A stretch of 63,953 nucleotides of DNA, the filler included, from Octopus bimaculoides (lineage: Eukaryota), in assembly GCF_001194135.2 (NCBI RefSeq). It is 7 parts of 6 records of this genome, joined end to end, with 100 filler letters (N's around TTAATTAATTAA, not from the genome) between each part and the next. Parts side by side here need not be neighbours in the genome. Positions count along the whole stretch, not along the records: positions 10,460 to 20,867 come from NC_068993.1; positions 20,968 to 25,665 come from NC_068985.1; 5 more parts are not named here. One strand, 5' to 3'. Both the position numbers and the translations under genes were made by a program. The notes under the pieces were generated by a model. It was not told the DNA's origin. It saw only the letters and a list, made by a program, of their open reading frames with translations, and ran no database searches. This document shows, one piece after another, positions 11,537 to 23,699 of the stretch. The stretch's first letter is position 1. Each line of letters starts with the position of its first letter.

Positions 11537-12145
11537 TACAACTCATAACCAGTTCATACACAACAGCTTCAGAACAGTTACCTTAATCTAGATATTTACC
11601 CACAAGATTTTAGTATATTCTTTTCCTAAGCCAGCAGCACTAGCAGCAGCAGCCGCTGCCTTATTAGTTGCTACGTTAACAACCAGCTGATTAGCCTCAA
11701 TCAAAGAAAATCAGCCTAATTAATGTCTCTTGAACATATCTCTTCCTCCAATTGGAATAGCTTAATTGAGTGGTAGCACGAAATTGAGTGATTCCTAATA
11801 AATTGAAACCTCACGTCATGTAGTAAACACTTTCTTCTTTGGTATACAGACGTATGTATATGTATGGTCTATGAGTGTGTGTGTGTATGCATATGTTTGC
11901 ATGTTTGTATGAATGTGTATCTAAATATATAAATNNNNNNNNNNNNNNNNNNNNNNNNNNNNNNNNNNNNNNNNNNNNNNNNNNNNNNNNNNNNNNNNNN
12001 NNNNNNNNNNNNNNNNNNNNNNNNNNNNNNNNNNNNNNNNNNNNNNNNNNNNNNNNNNNNNNNNNNNNNNNNNNNNNNNNNNNNNNNNNNNNNNNNNNNN
12101 NNNNNNNNNNNNNNNNNNNNNNNNNNNNNNNNNNNTATATATATA

Positions 12146-12400
12146 TTGTTGTTGTTGGCACTCCGTCGCTTACGACGTCGAGGGTTCCAGTTGATCCGAT
12201 CAACGGAACAGCCTGCTCGTGAAATTAACGTGCAAATGGCTGACCACTCCACAGACACGTGTACCCATAACGTAGTTCTCGGGGATATTCAGCGTGACAC
12301 AGTGTGACAAGGCTGACCCTTTGAATTACAGGCACAACAGAAACAGGAAGTAAGAGTGAGAGAAAGTTGTGGTGGAAGAGTACAGCAGGGTTCGCCACCA
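12146..12400 (-). mobile_element. SINE family T, 3' part
   Basis: Near-identical to 17741-17930 (GTTGGCACTCCGTCGCTTACGACGTCGAGGGTTCCAGTTGATCC...). Confidence 0.9.
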
Positions 12401-12546
12401 TGTATAATTTAGAGACAAACCACTATTAAATCATTCAATAATGAAGAATGTAATTCATACGCTCCAGAAAATAAATATATCATAAACACATTATTCTAAA
12501 AATACAATTAAGTACATAAAAAAATAACTAGTAAATGATATAAGAA

Positions 12547-12681
12547 TGACTACACACGTTTCGTGACTATACTTTTTGAATAGATTTAATTATAGATCGA
12601 TTTGATTATTAATCGAATTAATAATCGAATTGGTTTTATTAGTTATCTATTTGAAAATATAGCCACGAAACACATTTGTCA
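12547..12681. repeat. ~135-bp imperfect hairpin, MITE-like
   Basis: TGACTACACACGTTTCGTGACTATAC..GAATAGAT pairs with ATCTATTTG..ATATAGCCACGAAACACATTTGTCA. Confidence 0.65.
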
Positions 12682-14411
12682 AAGCCCTGAAGTCGTTAAA
12701 TATTACAAGGAGCATCTAGATTAACCCTAGTTTTGTGTGAATTAAGATGTATTCTACACTGGTACATGTGTATACATACGTAAATACATATCTATATTTA
12801 TTTGCTCTCTCTCTCTNNNNNNNNNNNNNNNNNNNNNNNNNNNNNNNNNNNNNNNNNNNNNNNNNNNNNNNNNNNNNNNNNNNNNNNNNNNNNNNNNNNN
12901 NNNNNNNNNNNNNNNNNNNNNNNNNNNNNNNNNNNNNNNNNNNNNNNNNNNNNNNNNNNNNNNNNNNNNNNNNNNNNNNNNNNNNNNNNNNNNNNNNNNN
13001 NNNNNNNNNNNNNNNNNNNNNNNNNNNNNNNNNNNNNNNNNNNNNNNNNNNNNNNNNNNNNNNNNNNNNNNNNNNNNNNNNNNNNNNNNNNNNNNNNNNN
13101 NNNNNNNNNNNNNNNNNNNNNNNNNNNNNNNNNNNNNNNNNNNNNNNNNNNNNNNNNNNNNNNNNNNNNNNNNNNNNNNNNNNNNNNNNNNNNNNNNNNN
13201 NNNNNNNNNNNNNNNNNNNNNNNNNNNNNNNNNNNNNNNNNNNNNNNNNNNNNNNNNNNNNNNNNNNNNNNNNNNNNNNNNNNNNNNNNNNNNNNNNNNN
13301 NNNNNNNNNNNNNNNNNNNNNNNNNNNNNNNNNNNNNNNNNNNNNNNNNNNNNNNNNNNNNNNNNNNNNNNNNNNNNNNNNNNNNNNNNNNNNNNNNNNN
13401 NNNNNNNNNNNNNNNNNNNNNNNNNNNNNNNNNNNNNNNNNNNNNNNNNNNNNNNNNNNNNNNNNNNNNNNNNNNNNNNNNNNNNNNNNNNNNNNNNNNN
13501 NNNNNNNNNNNNNNNNNNNNNNNNNNNNNNNNNNNNNNNNNNNNNNNNNNNNNNNNNNNNATACAGACAGACATATATATATACACACACAACACATACA
13601 CAAATAGCATGTATGTTTAATTAATGTTGCTCATACATACAGAAAGATACACACACACGCACACACACACAGAAGCACACACACACACACAAAGTTTCAG
13701 AGATGCACACACACACACAGACACGTATGGAACAGGTATGCAGGTATTTATCAATAAATATGTTGCATGCCGCACAAACACACACATACGCAAACATACA
13801 CATACATGCACAAACACAGACATACACATGGAAACACACGCACTCACACATCATACAGATTTGCGTGGCTGTTTGGTTGTGTGTGTCTGTGTGTGCTTCT
13901 GTGTGTATGGGTGTGTATGTGCTTTGTGGTGATGTGTGCCCATGCCTAGCCTGTGTGCATGTGAGCAGTTGAATGCAACGATGCATTAATACATGCATAA
14001 GTTATTAGTCATACATTTATTGTTGTTGTCGGGGAACTGGTTGTGGTGGTAGTGTATAAGAGGGAGTCGGTGGAAGTGTTCGGGGAGGTAGATAATAGTA
14101 GTGAGGCAGTAGTAGTAATAGTAGTGGCGGTAGTTGTGGTGGTGGTGGTGGTGATTGTTGTGGTGGTGCTGATGGTCGTATTTGTAGTAGTGGTGATCGT
14201 GGTAGTAGTGGTAGTAGTGGTGGTGGTGGTGGTGGTGGTGGTGGTGGTGNNNNNNNNNNNNNNNNNNNNNNNNNNNNNNNNNNNNNNNNNNNNNNNNNNN
14301 NNNNNNNNNNNNGGTCGTATTAGTAGTAGTGGTGGTGGTTGTGGTAGTAGTGCTGGTGGTGATGGTGGTGGTGGCAGTAGTATGATTATTATTATTGTTA
14401 TTATTATTGTT

Positions 14412-14470
<59 letters not shown>

Positions 14471-14822
14471 TATTATTATTATTATTAGTAGTAGTAGTAG
14501 TACTCGTGTTGGTGGTGGTAGTAGTCGTAGTATATTACATAGTGTTGTTGGCGGAAATAACGGTGTGGTTTGCGATTGTTGTAAAGATAGTAAAGGTAAT
14601 AATGGTATATGTTGTAGTATGTGTAGATTAAAGCGGCGTTGTGGATGTGGTAGTGGTGTACTTTGGTGTGGAGGTAGTGTGAAGACTGTGACCAACTGCT
14701 GCGTGGTGGTCGTGGTTTTAGTGGTGTAGCAGCGTGGAGTGGTGCTAACATAACATAGCGTCACTGGATTTGTGAGTGGATTTGGTAGGCGGAAGCTGAA
14801 AGAGGCCCGTGGTGTATACACA

Positions 14823-14884
<62 letters not shown>

Positions 14885-14885
<1 letters not shown>

Positions 14886-15049
14886 TATAGTGGATGTGTG
14901 GTAAGAAGCTTGCTTCCCAACAACATAGTTCCGGGTTCAATCCCACTGCGTGCCACCTTGGGTAAGTGTCTTCCGCTATAGCCGCGGGCCGACCAAAACC
15001 TCCTGAGTTGATTTGGTGGACAGAAACTGAAAGAAGCCTTTCGCATATG

Positions 15050-15081
<32 letters not shown>

Positions 15082-15270
15082 TTTGTCCCCCCACCATCGC
15101 TTGACAACTGATGTTGGTATGTTTACGTACCCGTAACTTAGCGGTTCGGCAAAAGAAACCGATAGAATAAGTAGTAGGCATACAAAGATTAAGTCCTGGG
15201 GTCGATTTGTTCGACTAAAAGCGGTGCTGCAGCATGGCCGCAGTCTAATGTCTGAAACAAGTAAAAGAAT
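14885..15270 (+). mobile_element. SINE family C (CORE-like, internal microsatellite), full length
   Basis: Head GTGTGGTAAGAAGC..GGGTTCAATCCC, CORE-like CACCTTGGGTAAGTGTCTT, internal (ATGT)n, tail GCGGTGCTGCAGCATGGCCGCAGTC..TGAAACAAGTAAAAGA. Confidence 0.88.
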
Positions 15271-15449
15271 ATTTTTATAATTAGGAATTAGATGTTAAAA
15301 TTTTGTTAAAAATGTCAAAATATTTTGTGTATTATAGAATCGTAACTAATTTATTGCTGATAAACTTTAGCAATAAAACCGTATATGCACCTTTAAGGGG
15401 CATATGGACCCCCCCCCCACTAAAGGCCATATGAACCCAGGTTGAAGGT

Positions 15450-16475
15450 TACACAGTTAACATAGAGAGTATAAACCCCTCCTTAGTTAACACAAAAAAG
15501 AGAGTTGAATTTATCCAGTTAACACAGAGCATAAACAGACCACTCACAGTTAACACAGAATGGATAGGTGTATTTACGCAGTTAACATACAGAGAATATT
15601 AACATACGCCATCAGTTAACACAGGGAATACTAAGAGACACCCCAATTAATACAGAAAGGAGAGCTCGATTTACACTGTTAACAGAGGAAATATGAATAT
15701 CCCCTACCACAGTTAATCGACTCATTATATTGTTAACACCGACAAAGGATGAATAGAGTATGCAGTTCGCCACAGATGATAAATAGATTGCGCTGTTAAC
15801 ATAAGATATAAAGAGATTGCACGTTTTAAAACTGGTAACTTCTGTACATCTCTGATTATTCGGAGACAAGATAAATAGGACATACAGAAAGAGGATGAAC
15901 AGATTACACAGTCAACACAAGGAAGATATAGATTACACTATTAATCCAAGAGCGCACAGTTGACAGGAAGACGATAGAGATAGAAAGAAGGAGAGAGAAA
16001 GGGATGAGAGAGATAGAAAGAGAGAGAGGGGGAGCGGTTCTACAGATAAGACGGTCATAAGATAAATAGATTACGAAGTTAACACTGAAATACTGAGAGA
16101 AAATCGGCAAAACATAGAGTTAACGTAGAGAAGATGAAGGAGATAAAGTTAATATGGAGAGGATGCGTACATCACGCAATATAGAAAAGGATATTAATAT
16201 ACATATATGTACAAGCACACACACATTTATACACATATACATATACACGTACATATATTAGATGGTTATCACAGAAAATATATAAACGGCTGTTAACAAA
16301 GAGAAGATAAATAAGATCCCACAGTTAATGGAGAAGGTATATAGACAATGCAATTAACACCGAAAAGACAATTAGATTAGAGTTAACGCGAGGGAGATAC
16401 ATACATCGCACATTTAACATAGATTAAAAAGATATATTAGATTAGCAGAAAGCGAATATAGATTACGTTAACATC
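15450..16475 (+). repeat. Degenerate minisatellite with a conserved (C)AGTTAAC core at ~31-32 bp spacing
   Basis: Core at about 15453, 15485, 15517, 15547, 15580, 15613, 15645, 15676 and 15710, continuing to about 16470, with divergent purine-rich spacers. A related tract lies at about 19920-20250. Confidence 0.75.
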
Positions 16476-16691
16476 TCATATATATCATACGCCGAGGTGG
16501 AAAACTTTGATTAAACGAGGTTAGTCGTGTGACTGGAAGACAACATAGTTGCTCTTGGGATGTTCAAAATCGAAAAGGAGGTAATTACGATAATGTCGGT
16601 AAATCCATATCAGAAACCATGGAAACGCCATGGTGATTGAACAGATTCTGTGGAGGAATTAGATAAGCAATGATTAAGGGTAAAAGGCACT

Positions 16692-16890
16692 CAGTGGTTC
16701 TCAACCATTTTTTACCTGTGGACCCATTCCAATCCTGCTTTACTCCACTGGACCTCAATAGCCATTTAATGTATATATATATTAAAAAATCCTACTTTAT
16801 TTTTATAATTAAGTATTAGTAGGAATTGTATATAAGAACACTAAAATATTTAGTATAGTGTACAAGTGTAAGCAATTTATTGCACAAATT
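16692..16890 (+). mobile_element. hAT (Charlie-like) MITE left end
   Basis: Terminus CAGTGGTTCTCAACC. Right-end fragments of the same type at about 15385-15450 and 19575-19612 (GGTTGAGAACCACTG). Confidence 0.55.
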
Positions 16891-16896
16891 TTAACA

Positions 16897-17040
16897 AAAG
16901 GCGCAGGACATGGTTCCGGGTTCAGTCCCACTGTGTGCCAACTTGGGCAAGTGTTTTCTACTTTAGTCTCTCTGGCCAACCAAAGCCTTTTGAGTGAATT
17001 TGGTAGACGGAAACTGAAAGAAGCCCGTCGTGTATATGTC
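16897..17040 (+). mobile_element. SINE family C, 5' half
   Basis: GGCGCAGG..GGTTCCGGGTTCAGTCCCACTG..TTGGGCAAGTG..GGTAGACGGAAACTGAAAGAAGCCCGTCG. Confidence 0.85.
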
Positions 17041-17499
17041 TATAATATAAATTAAACATGGGCGACCGTTGTATTCTTTCTTGTCTCGAGGTTCACGGCC
17101 AAACGACTGGGTGGATTCGCGTGAAAAATGGCACACATGTGGATACGGGTGCATAGATTGGAACGCACTTTATATTTTTTCCTAGCCCCCATAGTTACCG
17201 AGAAAATCGAGAACTACTGCATCAGATACTAGAAGAAGGATTCACATCGATGACATACATTGACTAGGGTCACCTAGTTCCGTAAGTGAATAACTGCTAA
17301 CATCTCTAGTACTGGCTGTCATTGATGTCATTCAGCTAAAGTGATTTAGTATCACTTTAGCACTCACTGCACTACCTGTACGTCTATACATTCATTTCGC
17401 ACCACTTATCGAACTGTCAAACAAAGGAGCGCTTTCTATGCTTTAGCTTCGACTACTGCCGCAATGTTCGGTAAAAAAATCAAATTCAAACCAAAATTG

Positions 17500-18620
17500 C
17501 TTAAATGTAACCGTTCCATGATATTTTTAACTTTTAATGTTCGTACTTTCAATGTCGTTGTTTATCAGCTTCTTGGAACAGCTACGTTTAACATCGATGC
17601 CGTATGCATTGAAGAACGTAGATTCACGATGAGTTAAACTTCAAGCATCATGATGCTGGTTAATGATAGGAATTATTGTGTCTATCACCACATGGAAAAA
17701 AAAAAAAAAACTCTATGTATGCGACAACTCGTGCAGTAGGAATTGTTGGCACTCTGTCGCTTACGACGTCGAGGGTTCCAGTTGATCCGATCAACGGAAC
17801 AGCCTGCTCGTGAAATTAACGTGCAAGTGGCTGAGCACTCCACAGACACGTGTACCCTTAACGTAGTTTTCGGGGAGATTCAGCGTGACACAGTGTGACA
17901 AGGCTGACCCATTGAATTACAGGCACAACANNNNNNNNNNACACGTATACCCTTAAGGTAGTTCTCGGGGATATTCAGCATGACACAGTGTGACAAGGCT
18001 GACCCATTGAATTACAGGCACAACAAAAACAGGAAGTAAGAGTGAGAGAAAATTGTGGTGAAAGAGTACAGCAGGGTTCACCACCATCCCCTGCCAGAGC
18101 CTCGTGGAGCTTTAGGTGTTTTCGCTCAATAAACACTCACAACGCCCGGTCAGGGAATTGAAACCGCGATCCTATGACAGCGAGTTCGCTGCCCTAACCA
18201 CTGGGCCATTGCGCCTCCACGCAGTAGGTATACCGACTTGTTAACCCACAATCACTCAACTTATTTAATAGCATACAAAAAATGTTCTACCGAGAATGAT
18301 TGCTGCCACTTTCAACGGAAATTCTTCCCTGCAGAGTTATTTTACTTGAACCCGACTAATGAAGAGAAGTTGTAGGCTTTTAACAAGAACCTTTTTCTCT
18401 TTCTGGTAATCTCTAAGATGTCTGAGCTACACTGACTAACAATGAAGAAATACGCAATCAAGAATCAAAAAAAAAAAAGTAAGAAAAAATTGAAATGGAA
18501 ACCGGAATCAACTCTCTTAATACTTAGTTTCCTATCGTTAAATCAGATGACAATGTGGCTGGACGCTGCATACCGTTCAAAGCCAAAATCAAGTAAAAAC
18601 AGCCTAGGAATTTGACGCAG
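17500..18620 (+). mobile_element. RTE/RTE-X LINE endonuclease fragment, split by a SINE
   Basis: LTFNVRTF..NIDAVCIEERR before the SINE and AVGI..PRMIAATFNGN after it: APE domain N-terminus. Confidence 0.7.
17741..18220 (-). mobile_element. SINE family T, full length, with 8-bp TSD GCAGTAGG
   Basis: Minus-strand head GTGGAGGCGCAATGGCCCAGTGGTTAGGGCAGCG..GGTTTCAATTCCC. GCAGTAGG occurs at 17733-17740 and 18221-18228. Confidence 0.9.
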
Positions 18621-18642
18621 TCATTGGGAAATGCATATATAT

Positions 18643-18691
<49 letters not shown>

Positions 18692-18844
18692 TGTAGTTGT
18701 ACATCTGAGAAATATGAGACCTTTAAAAAGAAACTACGATGATTTTAAAACCGACANNNNNNNNNNNNNNNNNNNNNNNNNNNNNNNNNNNNNNNNNNNN
18801 NNNNNNNNNNNNNNNNNNNNNNNNNNNNNNNNNNNNNNNNNNNN

Positions 18845-18888
<44 letters not shown>

Positions 18889-19701
18889 TCACACACATTG
18901 ATTCGTATGAACTTGAACAAGGAACCTATTTTCAAAATAAGACTTGATCTAGTTATATACATTGCTGATAAATCAACTGTTAATGAAATCAGTGACCGGT
19001 AAAATACAAATGGCGCTAAATTGAAAGCTTCAAGCTAACAGGATCCTTTCAAACAGTAGAAGGAGCATTTTCAGAATTTTTTTTTATTCTTCGGAAGCAT
19101 CCAATCATTACTGACCAGCTTATAAAAAAGAATCATAAATTACAAATTAAATATCAACGTTGGTCACTTCAGAGCTGATGAATCAAATTATGGTCCAACT
19201 AAAATCAAAACTAAAAGTCGCTTGGTTTTAATAACATACCTCCCGGAGGTCTAGAAAATCTGGGGTATTTAATGATGCCTTTTTCCAGCTGTACAATCCT
19301 GTATAGAATCAAAACCCAATCAATAAATGAACTGAGGTCTGTAACTCCCTTTCCATAGAGAAAAAAGGCGAGTTAGGCTTAGTGTAGGAGTACCGGTTTC
19401 CTTTTTAACTGTACAGCTGTTGCAGATAAGAATTATAACATAATGGTACACAACCGTATCTCACTGTCGTTCAAGAAAATTCTTCATAGGAACCTTGTTA
19501 GGTTCAGGAAGAATCGTTAACCCATTACCTACCAGTGATCTCATATGTAAGCTCCGAAAATGCTGTATTACCCTCACCCTGGGGTCACATGGAACCCGGT
19601 TGAGAACCACTGTTCTAAAAGATGCCACAGTTGGCATTGGTCCGATGGGGGAAAACGCAATTCATCAGATAAACTTGGAAATAACAATCTCACCTGAATA
19701 T

Positions 19702-19744
19702 GCTTCGCTGAGGAGTGCTAATAAGGTCGAAACACGTCCGTTGC
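19702..19744 (+). ncRNA. Minimal type-I hammerhead-like motif with canonical core
   Basis: GCuuCG-CUGAGGA-GugC-uaauaa-GguC-GAAA-CACG-U-C-CGuuGC: intact core and GUC triplet, stem II decayed. Confidence 0.5.
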
Positions 19745-20429
19745 TTGTACTAGTGGCTTTAAAGACAAGAACAACTCGTTGCTGAATTGTCGGTATTTTC
19801 CAGAAATTTGGATTGATATTAATGGAGTTATCTCGTTTGTTTGTTGATTTTAAAATTTAAGCAAGGTTAATGCAAGGAAAAAGAGATTATATAATTTAAG
19901 TAAACATATAGTAAACATACATTACACAGTTAAGAGAGAGAGAGAGAGATAAAGAAAGAGAGAGATAATGATAGATTGAGAGATAGTGAGAGAAAGAGAG
20001 AGTGTGAGAATAAATAGTCCGTAGAACTAACAAACATGATAAATAGATGACATAGTTAACACAGAGAGAGAGAGAGAGCGAGAGAGAGAGAGAGAGACAG
20101 AGAGAGAGCAGGCAGTTAACAAAGAGCGAAGATAAAATAGGTTACACATTTAACTGAAACAAGAGAAATAGACTATAAAGTTAACATAAAGAGGAGTAGC
20201 TTAGATATTAACCACATACAAGATAAAGTGATTAGAGATTTAATGGTGAAGATAAATAGACTCAGGGCCGTGAAGCGAAAGATTTATACACGGCTGAGAC
20301 TGTTATAGGAACCCAACCACCAGTTATTGAAAAATAATAAAACAGTGTAATCTTATTGTTTTATTTATTTATTTTATATATTTAATACCAAAGATCGTAG
20401 AATGACTAAATGGGCTTTCACTGAAATCA

Positions 20430-20760
20430 ATATTTCGACTGATTTCTGATATGATGTTGCATGGAACTCAGTGTTCCTCCCTCTCCTCATCCCATGACGA
20501 CCTTGTGACAGTTTTTTTTTTTCTGAGATAGTTCTTTATCAGATTTAGGCTGGCTGATGGAACGTTCTACGTTGGCGTAGTGAGAAAATATCGGAGTGAT
20601 GCACAAAAATTTGCAACGATGTTCTTCTTCAGCATGTAGTTTATCCATTAATTTAAGCCGCAGTTTCCCTTAGTTGTCAGCGTGCATCATAATTTTCATG
20701 TCAGTGAATTCGCTTCAATTTTCTTTGCTGTTTACATCAATGTTTTAAATTTCTGCAAAA
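20430..20760 (-). mobile_element. hAT transposase C-terminal dimerisation-domain relic
   Basis: ANVERSIS then frameshifted LNLIKNYLR..LSQGR matches the AERSFSxLKLIKNYLRSTMxQxRL motif. Confidence 0.65.
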
Positions 20761-21226
20761 GTTATGTACTTTATGGTCAAAAGATTATCCGATATAGACA
20801 AGTATTGCCAAGGGGATGAAAACAAAGTACCAGATGTTCATGATTTTTTTTTTTTTTTTTTTTTTTTNNNNNNNNNNNNNNNNNNNNNNNNNNNNNNNNN
20901 NNNNNNNNNNNTTAATTAATTAANNNNNNNNNNNNNNNNNNNNNNNNNNNNNNNNNNNNNNNNNNNNTACACGTAATCACATATACAAGTATAACACAAA
21001 CGCACATACATAAATAATGCCTTCACACACTCGCATATAAACCCACGCCAACCACCATACAAACATTAACTTCCATTCACATATTCACAAATCTCTGAAA
21101 CTCTGCTGTCTCAAACAAAGTAGACTTGTCACTTTGCTTGACAAGTTGGAATCTTGCAAACAAAAATTTAAATACGTCATACTTACACGCACACACACAC
21201 TCACACACACATAAATACACGTACAG

Positions 21227-21287
<61 letters not shown>

Positions 21288-22233
21288 NNNNNNNNNNNNN
21301 NNNNNNNNNNNNNNNNNNNNNNNNNNNNNNNNNNNNNNNNNNNNNNNNNNNNNNNNNNNNNNNNNNNNNNNNNNNNNNNNNNNNNNNNNNNNNNNNNNNN
21401 NNNNNNNNNNNNNNNNNNNNNNNNNNNNNNNNNNNNNNNNNNNNNNNNNNNNNNNNNNNNNNNNNNNNNNNNNNNNNNNNNNNNNNNNNNNNNNNNNNNN
21501 NNNNNNNNNNNNNNNNNNNNNNNNNNNNNNNNNNNNNNNNNNNNNNNNNNNNNNNNNNNNNNNNNNNNNNNNNNNNNNNNNNNNNNNNNNNNNNNNNNNN
21601 NNNNNNNNNNNNNNNNNNNNNNNNNNNNNNNNNNNNNNNNNNNNNNNNNNNNNNNNNNNNNNNNNNNNNNNNNNNNNNNNNNNNNNNNNNNNNNNNNNNN
21701 NNNNNNNNNNNNNNNNNNNNNNNNNNNNNNNNNNNNNNNNNNNNNNNNNNNNNNNNNNNNNNNNNNNNNNNNNNNNNNNNNNNNNNNNNNNNNNNNNNNN
21801 NNNNNNNNNNNNNNNNNNNNNNNNNNNNNNNNNNNNNNNNNNNNNNNNNNNNNNNNNNNNNNNNNNNNNNNNNNNNNNNNNNNNNNNNNNNNNNNNNNNN
21901 NNNNNNNNNNNNNNNNNNNNNNNNNNNNNNNNNNNNNNNNNNNNNNNNNNNNNNNNNNNNNNNNNNNNNNNNNNNNNNNNNNNNNNNNNNNNNNNNNNNN
22001 NNNNNNNNNNNNNNNNNNNNNNNNNNNNNNNNNNNNNNNNNNNNNNNNNNNNNNNNNNNNNNNNNNNNNNNNNNNNNNNNNNNNNNNNNNNNNNNNNNNN
22101 NNNNNNNNNNNNNNNNNNNNNNNNNNNNNNNNNNNNNNNNNNNNNNNNNNNNNNNNNNNNNNNNNNNNNNNNNNNNNNNNNNNNNNNNNNNNNNNNNNNN
22201 NNNNNNNNNNNNNNNNNNNNNNNNNNNNNNNNN

Positions 22234-22270
<37 letters not shown>

Positions 22271-23029
22271 GTGACATGCATACATATATACACAGAGTAA
22301 CATGTACAACACATATACTAACAAACTTGGATGAACACCTACACATATACATATACATACACATATACACCTATTCATGAAAATGCATGTACACACACAT
22401 GCACATACTTATGCAAACATATATTCAGGCATGCAAACACTTATACGTACAAACATATAAACATACACACATACACGTATAGATACAAGTGCATATACAT
22501 CCATGCATAAAAGTTTACATAGAAACTTATGTATACATACAATCATACATGTGTACGTCTAACGATATATACATACGGCCATACACATAGACGTACAAGG
22601 ATATATACATCCACACATATACAGAAAAATTCAAACATATACATATACACGCATACAAATATACATGAAACTGTATATGCATACACACACATTCACGTAT
22701 ACACACACGCATACACGTTCATACACACATACGCATAAAGATATCGGCATATACACATATCCATTTACTCGCACAGACAAACGCGTATATATACATAACC
22801 CAAAGTTGGAAGCCGGTTGTCAAATGTGAAAGACTACCCCTCTAGATATTACCTTGCCGTGGGGGATAATATATGGAGAAAATTCTAGAATAGTCTGAGG
22901 AAGAAAGCAAAATGATTTAAAAATTATATATCGATCGAAATAATATCAGATTCTAAAATAAAAAATGAACATGGTTTTTTGGGGGGAAGTCAATTGTGCT
23001 AGTGACTTTAATACGGGGGAAAGATACTC

Positions 23030-23405
23030 TTTTCTAATATAGGTACGAGGACACAAATTGTTGAGGAAGGACACAAATCGATTAGATAGACCCCAGTATG
23101 CAACTAGCACTTAATTTCTCGACCCCCGAAAAGATGAAAGGCAATGTCGACGTCAGCAGAATTTGAACTCAGAATGTAAAGTCAGATGAAATACCGCTAA
23201 ACATTTCGCTCAGCGTGTTAACGTTTCTTATTTCTTTATTGCCCACAAGGGGCTAAACATAGAGGGCACAAACAAGGACAGACAAAGGGATTAAGTCCAT
23301 TACATCGACCCCAGTGCGGAATTTGAACTCAGAACATGACGGGAGACGAAACACCGATATGCATTTCGCCCGGCGTGCTAAGGTTTCTGCCAGCCCGCCG
23401 CCTTA
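23030..23405 (-). mobile_element. Cluster of nested or tandem SINE family M pieces
   Basis: Two or three overlapping family M segments; GAACTCAGAA..GAAATACCGC is repeated. Confidence 0.8.
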
Positions 23406-23699
23406 CGCGGGGAAAAATACTACCGATAGAAAGTAGCACAAAAATACGCACACACTGCAAATAGGCATCGTTATTTGTTTTGCAATAAATTTTCTCTATG
23501 GACACTGTCAACTGCTCTCTTATAGTCTATGAAATTAAGGATCAAACTGTTATATTGGTAAGATGTGTCTTCTTTTTCTACAATTTGGTCAGAACAGTTT
23601 CTTATTCTCTGTTGGTGTGTTTACTTTACCGTAATTCTTCTGTTTGGCAAAAGAGACAGATAGAGTAAGTACCAGGCTTTAAAGGTAAAAAATAATAAC

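Noticed and set aside
12716-13620. Long ORFs of 270-440 aa here and at 21077-22396 and 37664-38675
   Set aside because: They are open only because they run through N gaps.
18150-18220. tRNA genes at SINE heads
   Set aside because: A and B boxes are present, but they continue into SINE bodies and no full cloverleaf could be formed.
19235-19246. 11-nt micro-exon (ACCTCCGGGAG) that would link exon 1 to the 9617 exon in frame
   Set aside because: The pyrimidine tract is short, the resulting peptide resembles no domain, and such phase chains are easy to find by chance.
16692-19612. A single 2.9-kb hAT element bounded by CAGTGGTTCTCAACC / GGTTGAGAACCACTG
   Set aside because: The flanking 8-mers differ (AAGGCACT versus TTCTAAAA), so these are more likely ends of separate MITE copies.
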